Both the position numbers and the translations under genes were made by a program. DNA of 61,512 nt, the filler included, from Nitrospinota bacterium (lineage in GTDB: Bacteria; JADFOP01): the NCBI GenBank assembly GCA_022562795.1. It is 3 parts of 3 records of this genome, joined end to end, with 100 filler letters (N's around TTAATTAATTAA, not from the genome) between each part and the next. Parts side by side here need not be neighbours in the genome. Positions count along the whole stretch, not along the records: positions 54,733 to 61,512 come from JADFOP010000064.1; 2 more parts are not named here. The stretch is one strand, 5' to 3'. The notes below the pieces were generated by a model, which did not search any database, had not been told where the DNA came from, and saw only the letters and a program-made list of their open reading frames with translations. Of this stretch, positions 57,168 to 61,512 are shown one piece after another. How positions within the stretch are numbered: position 1 is the stretch's first letter; each line of letters begins with the position of its first letter.

Positions 57168-57346
57168 ACGCGAATTCCCCCTCGGATAAAATTTTAAGCA
57201 GAATTCGAAAATCCCGAAAAAAGCTGGTATTCGGAAATTCCCGGAAAATCCCGGGAAATCCAGATAAAAAAGTAGGCTAGGCGGAAAATCGCGGAAAATC
57301 GCGGAAAAAAAGGAGGGTAGCGGAAAGGGCGAAAAAATTACGAAAC
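57168..57346. repeat. ~10-bp-periodic GGAAAWTC(G/C)C / A-tract array
   Basis: TCGGAAATTCCCGGAAAATCCCGGGAAATCC..GCGGAAAATCGCGGAAAATCGCGGAAAAAA between convergent genes. Confidence 0.7.
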
Positions 57347-57359
57347 TGGCGTGAGGGTA

Positions 57360-57758
57360 TTATTGAACCGCGACGCCGATGTCGCGGATCTGAGCGTCTT
57401 TGACGAAGCCCATGACCTTGACCACGTCACCGTAGGGCAGACGTTTGTCGGCCTTGATAATTGCGCTACCTCTTTTCGCCGTCTTCATCTGCCGCTTTAG
57501 CTCGACCTCCAGCTCATCAAAAGTAACAAGCTTGCCGTTCAGGTGAATCCTCTTATCGATGCCCATCTCGATGATAAACGACTTGACCTTCTCGATGACC
57601 TGGGCCGCCTTGGCTTCTGGCAGCTGAATGTCAAGCCGGCGGGTGAAGTCAATAAAGGCCGTCGAGACCATGAAGAAGATGAGGAGGAGGAATATGACGT
57701 CTATCAGTGGGGTGAGCTGGAGGCTGTAGTCTTCCTCCGCTTCTTTACGAAACTGCAT
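57360..57758 (-). CDS. exbD: biopolymer transporter ExbD/TolR
   Basis: LTPLIDVIFLLLIFFMV and ADK..YG.VV.VM. Confidence 0.92.
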   Translation of the reverse strand: MQFRKEAEEDYSLQLTPLIDVIFLLLIFFMVSTAFIDFTRRLDIQLPEAKAAQVIEKVKSFIIEMGIDKRIHLNGKLVTFDELEVELKRQMKTAKRGSAIIKADKRLPYGDVVKVMGFVKDAQIRDIGVAVQ

Positions 57759-57761
57759 GGC

Positions 57762-58565
57762 CTAGCCCTCTTCCTTGGCAACCTCTTTTGCTCGGTAGGC
57801 AAGCTCCTCGAGGAGCTTCAAGCTGATCTCTTCCATCTCAAAGACGTACTTGTCGACCCTGCCCCTGAAGACGTGGTAGAGAGCCAGGGCGGGGATTCCG
57901 ACGACGAGCCCCGAGGCCGTGGTGATTAGAGCCTCGGCGATACCTCCGGCGACGAGGCCCGGGTTTCCGGTGCCGCTTTGAGAAATGACGTTGAACGCCT
58001 TGATCATCCCCATCACCGTGCCTAGAAGCCCGAGCATCGGCGCCAGGTTCGCTATGGCGCCAAGGACCCGCAGGTTCGATACCAGCAGCCCCGCCTCGTG
58101 GTTTCCGGCTCCTTCAATAGCCCGCTCCATCTCTAAAAACCCGTACTCAAAACGCATGAGGCCTCCCCTCAGAATCCGGGCGATGGAGATGTCCCACTCC
58201 TGACAGGCCTCAATGGCTTTCGACACATCGTGGCGATACCAGTGGCGCTGGATATCTTCGAGAAATTCCGGGTGGATGATTTTGGAGCGGCGGAGGTTGA
58301 AGAGTCGCTCGAAGCAGATAGCCAGAGCGGCGATGGAGCAGAAGAGTATAGGGTACATGACGACTCCTCCGCGCCGGAAAAGGCTGAGGACCGCCCAGCC
58401 CTCATCACCGCCCGTTGGGACCGGTTTCTGTTGGGCCAGAGCAGGCAACACCCAGGGTGCGAATATTAGAACGAATAGAGCAAGGCTCGCGGCGATGATT
58501 AGGCGCCTGGTCATGCTTATAGTCCTCCGTTGGTTGAGCGCCTCTTGAATGATTTGACCCACCAA
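57762..58565 (-). CDS. exbB: MotA/TolQ/ExbB proton channel
   Basis: APMLGLLGTVMGMIKAF and GGIAEALITTA.GL.V.IPA; start probably MTRRL. Confidence 0.92.
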   Translation of the reverse strand: MVGQIIQEALNQRRTISMTRRLIIAASLALFVLIFAPWVLPALAQQKPVPTGGDEGWAVLSLFRRGGVVMYPILFCSIAALAICFERLFNLRRSKIIHPEFLEDIQRHWYRHDVSKAIEACQEWDISIARILRGGLMRFEYGFLEMERAIEGAGNHEAGLLVSNLRVLGAIANLAPMLGLLGTVMGMIKAFNVISQSGTGNPGLVAGGIAEALITTASGLVVGIPALALYHVFRGRVDKYVFEMEEISLKLLEELAYRAKEVAKEEG

Positions 58566-58750
58566 GGGCGAATTAAGAAAAACCCCCGCCGGTTATTTCC
58601 GCAGGGGGAATATCCATATGTTCGCCGCCCGATTTCGGTGGGCCCATCTTAATCTTCCCTCGGGGCGACGCTTGAACTCCCAACTCCAACTATGCCCGTT
58701 TGTAGCATAGGGCTTGAAAGAGTGTCAAGCCTAAATCCGATTGTAATGCG

Positions 58751-58779
58751 TTGACAGGACCTTCCCTCTCGATTAGCAT
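58751..58779 (+). promoter_or_regulatory. sigma70-like promoter
   Basis: TTGACA-17 bp-TAGCAT. Confidence 0.6.
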
Positions 58780-58804
58780 CACGAGCGTGGGGGGTTCATA
58801 GAGA

Positions 58805-59635
58805 GTGAGGAAGGAAGGCGTAGCGGTCTTGGTCGCGGCTTTAACGGCCTCTATGGCTCTGGCTGCGGGGTGCGCCACCGAGACGGGTCGCGGAACCCTC
58901 GGCGGCCTCGTCTACGGCTCAATGGTAGGCACCTCCATCGCTCCCGGCATCGGCTCTGCCATCGGTGCGGGCGTTGGGATGGTCGCCGGGGCGATTGAAG
59001 GAACCCAGAAAGAAGAGGTCGAGAAGGCTAGAGAGGAAGCATACCGCCGGGCGTTTTATCCCACAGAAGGTGAAATTTCGAGAACGGCCGCCGCCCGACG
59101 GGAGGGTGCTCCTTTCTCAAGCGAGTCGGGGCAGGCCTCCGACAGCTTCAGCAATCTCCTCGCTCTCCAGGACGACCAACCCATCGTCTCCATGCTAGAG
59201 AGAGAAGTCCACGAGACTGAGTCGCCGGGCCGGGTCGCGGGCAAGCCGGAGGCCGAAGCGGTGGCGATGGCCTCGGACGTTGCGAACCTATACCAGGAGT
59301 TGAGCGAGGTCCGCCGGGAGCGTAGCGACCTGGAAGCTCGGGTGGGCCTTCTCGCCGCGCTCCTAGAGGAATACGACCGGTCCGGCCGGACCTCCAAAGC
59401 CCTGCTGGAGAAGATGGAGGAGGCGCTGGGACGACCTCCCAGGAATGATGTCGCCTCACCAGCGGGCCAGGAAAGCCCCGAGCTCCTCTACCTTCAGCAG
59501 GAATACGAGATCGCCCTCAGGATTGGAAACGCTCCCCTTGCCGAGGCGCTTGCCCGCCGCTTCGAGCGCCTGGCGGGCCGAAGGCCTCATCGGAGCCCCC
59601 TATCGTCTCCGCCGCCTCTGCCCACTAGACGATAA
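58805..59635 (+). CDS. lipoprotein with glycine zipper and coiled coil
   Basis: AAGC lipobox; GxxxGxxxG zipper; C-terminal heptads. Confidence 0.7.
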   Translation: MRKEGVAVLVAALTASMALAAGCATETGRGTLGGLVYGSMVGTSIAPGIGSAIGAGVGMVAGAIEGTQKEEVEKAREEAYRRAFYPTEGEISRTAAARREGAPFSSESGQASDSFSNLLALQDDQPIVSMLEREVHETESPGRVAGKPEAEAVAMASDVANLYQELSEVRRERSDLEARVGLLAALLEEYDRSGRTSKALLEKMEEALGRPPRNDVASPAGQESPELLYLQQEYEIALRIGNAPLAEALARRFERLAGRRPHRSPLSSPPPLPTRR

Positions 59636-59702
59636 GGAGCCTTCACTCGCATAGGCTTAAGAGAGTTGGATAAGAGGGGCAGGGTAGGGGGCCATTCATC
59701 CG

Positions 59703-60335
59703 ATGGACAAACCGAGCGTTCAGGTCGATAGAGAGGCATTTGAGGCAGCGGCCCTGCCGCACCTCGACGCCTGCTACGGGTTTGCCCTGCGCCTGACCCG
59801 AAACGTGGAGGAAGCCGAGGACCTCGTTCAAGACGCGATCCTTCGGGCCCTACAGTACTTCCATCGCTTTGAGCCCGGCACAAATTTCAGAGCCTGGATA
59901 TTCAAAGTCCTCCTGAACACCTTCATCAACTCCTACCGCAAGGGCGCGGCGGCGAGGGAAGGCCCCTCTTCCCATAACCTGGAGCTGTTGCACGAACGGA
60001 TGGTCGGCACGCAGGGGCCCCACCCGAGCAGCGACCCCGAGCGGGCCGCCATTGGCCGTCAGGCGGCTAGAGCGCTGCACGAAGCCCTGGAGAAGCTCCC
60101 CGAGGCGTTCCGCACCGTCGTCCACCTGGCCGACATCGAAGGGTGCGCTTACAAGGAGATAGCCTCAATCGTTGGCTGCCCCATTGGAACGGTGATGTCG
60201 CGGCTCCATCGGGCCCGCCGTCTTCTTCAAGCGGCTCTCGTTCCCCACGCGCCCCACCGCATCTCAACAACGACCCCCAAAGAAGAGGAATCAGGCGAGA
60301 GCGGCCGGGCGGGGTCACAAAAAGAGTCCTTGTAG
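59703..60335 (+). CDS. ECF RNA polymerase sigma factor (SigH/SigR-like)
   Basis: AEDLVQD, F.PGTNFRAW and YKEIA..GCPIGTVMSRLHRAR. Confidence 0.93.
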   Translation: MDKPSVQVDREAFEAAALPHLDACYGFALRLTRNVEEAEDLVQDAILRALQYFHRFEPGTNFRAWIFKVLLNTFINSYRKGAAAREGPSSHNLELLHERMVGTQGPHPSSDPERAAIGRQAARALHEALEKLPEAFRTVVHLADIEGCAYKEIASIVGCPIGTVMSRLHRARRLLQAALVPHAPHRISTTTPKEEESGESGRAGSQKESL

Positions 60336-60812
60336 ACACAGGACCGACCAAAGGTCGCTTGCGACCCAGCCAAAGGCTGCCTGCAGCACCCCGACACCAC
60401 CAGCCCGCCTAAGGCGGACTTCCCGCTCCCTGCCCTAAAGGCCGGACACCCACGAGGGGCGTCCCTACATAACAAGAGAACGGACAATACATTGCCCTAT
60501 CCTGTGTAGGGACAGGGTTTACCCTGTCCGTGCGTATGAAGGCGGGTCGTTGTTCGAAAGGCCAAAAGGCCGGACAGCCTAAAGGCTGTCCCTACATAAC
60601 CAGAATTCGATGGTTTGGGGACGAATCCCCTGTAGGGACAGGGTTTACCCTGTCCGCGGGTATGAAGGGCGAGACGTGTATACGGAGAGGGTTTATATAT
60701 GCCCTCATAAAACCGGGTAGTCGGGGTCACCCCTGACCCCGACACCACCAGCCCGCCTCAGGCGGATGACCCCGACGCCTTTTTTGGCGGATAGCCGTGA
60801 AGGGTGTTCCTA
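60331..60812. repeat. composite REP (BIME/REPIN-like) array
   Basis: Same GTAGGGACAGG, GTAGTCGGGGTC and CCGCCTCAGGCGG units and linker sequences as 46448-46818. Confidence 0.85.
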
Positions 60813-60967
60813 CAAAAAAAATGCCCGCCACGCTTGACGGCCCCAGGAGGAAGAAGGGTTTTTACATCCATTCTTCAAGGCCGCCTGGCGGTGGCGGGCG
60901 GAAAGACTGCAGTATGGGGTAAGGGGTGGGGGGGGAATGTAGGCCCCCCGCTGCCCATTAAAAAACT

Positions 60968-61510
60968 TTAATCATCACTCGCTTTCGGGACGCAGGTGTC
61001 AAACCCGCCGGTGGAGAAGACGTTGCCGCCGAGGTCCGTCGCGGCGCCGGCGGAGCCGGTGCAGTCAGAATCGGTATCGTCGTCGCCCGCGCCGGCCAGG
61101 TCGGTCCGGTTGCCCCTCATGATGTTGTCCTCAAGGGTCGTATCAGTCCCGCCGTCGTTCTCGATACCCGTCCCGCGGTTTCTGATCGCCCTGTTGCCGA
61201 CCATGGTGATCGTCGCGCTGTCGCCGTCTATGTCGAACCCATCCCCGTCGTTTCCCTTGGCCACGTTCTTAATCAGGTCCGTCGTTTCGGAGCCGCCATC
61301 TATATCAAAGCCGTCCCGCGCGTTGGTGAATGCCCTGTTTCCAGAGATCAAGGAATCATCGATGTCATCGAGCTCGAAGCCCTCGTCGCCGTTGTCTCTG
61401 GCCAGGTTCTTCTCAATGACCCCATCTATGAACCCATTAATTTCGAAGCCATCGCCTTGGTTCCTGATGGCAACGTTCCCAGAGAGGGTGGTATCATCGA
61501 AGTCATTGAG
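60968..61510 (-). CDS. right-handed parallel beta-helix repeat protein (5' part outside window)
   Basis: Frame open to the window edge; repeated I.GN.A..N..DGF.I units. Confidence 0.8.
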   Translation of the reverse strand, partial: LNDFDDTTLSGNVAIRNQGDGFEINGFIDGVIEKNLARDNGDEGFELDDIDDSLISGNRAFTNARDGFDIDGGSETTDLIKNVAKGNDGDGFDIDGDSATITMVGNRAIRNRGTGIENDGGTDTTLEDNIMRGNRTDLAGAGDDDTDSDCTGSAGAATDLGGNVFSTGGFDTCVPKASDD

Positions 61511-61512
61511 CA

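Overview
GC-rich bacterial sequence made of three assembled contigs joined by artificial N/TTAATTAATTAA/N linkers (27511-27610, 54633-54732), so gene neighbourhoods must not be read across those points. Contig 1 carries: an AT-richer two-gene insert (DUF5677-like plus hypothetical); the ymdB-rny-5-formyl-THF cyclo-ligase operon with 6S RNA; a ~450-500 nt ORF-free, heavily base-paired region between 6S and the cyclo-ligase that looks like an unannotated large structured RNA (top finding); fabH; a ccr / methylsuccinyl-CoA-dehydrogenase-like / split B12 mutase / hbd operon whose mutase has an atypical active site, divergent from etfBA and a membrane FeS oxidoreductase; and the yggS-proC-yggT-divIVA-yggU-mtnA cluster. 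Contig 2 carries: yqeC-mobA; a TAT-exported DMSO-reductase-family respiratory complex with a Crp/Fnr regulator and two TTGAC-N4-GTCAA boxes; a tRNA-Gly 3' fragment (att-like scar); aconitase; a cobalamin riboswitch with btuB-tonB-DUF6580; an archaeal-type iRadA/PPB2/PolB2 cassette; an aldehyde dehydrogenase; tRNA-Leu; LOG; and an AT-richer HEPN-like gene / attC-like site / TIR gene. Contig 3 carries a DxNxDG repeat protein, exbBD, a lipoprotein, an ECF sigma factor and a partial beta-helix protein. GTAG-type REP composites and 10-bp-phased GGAAAWTCGC tracts are dispersed through the window. All calls come from reading sequence and motifs by eye; no searches or folding computations were run.
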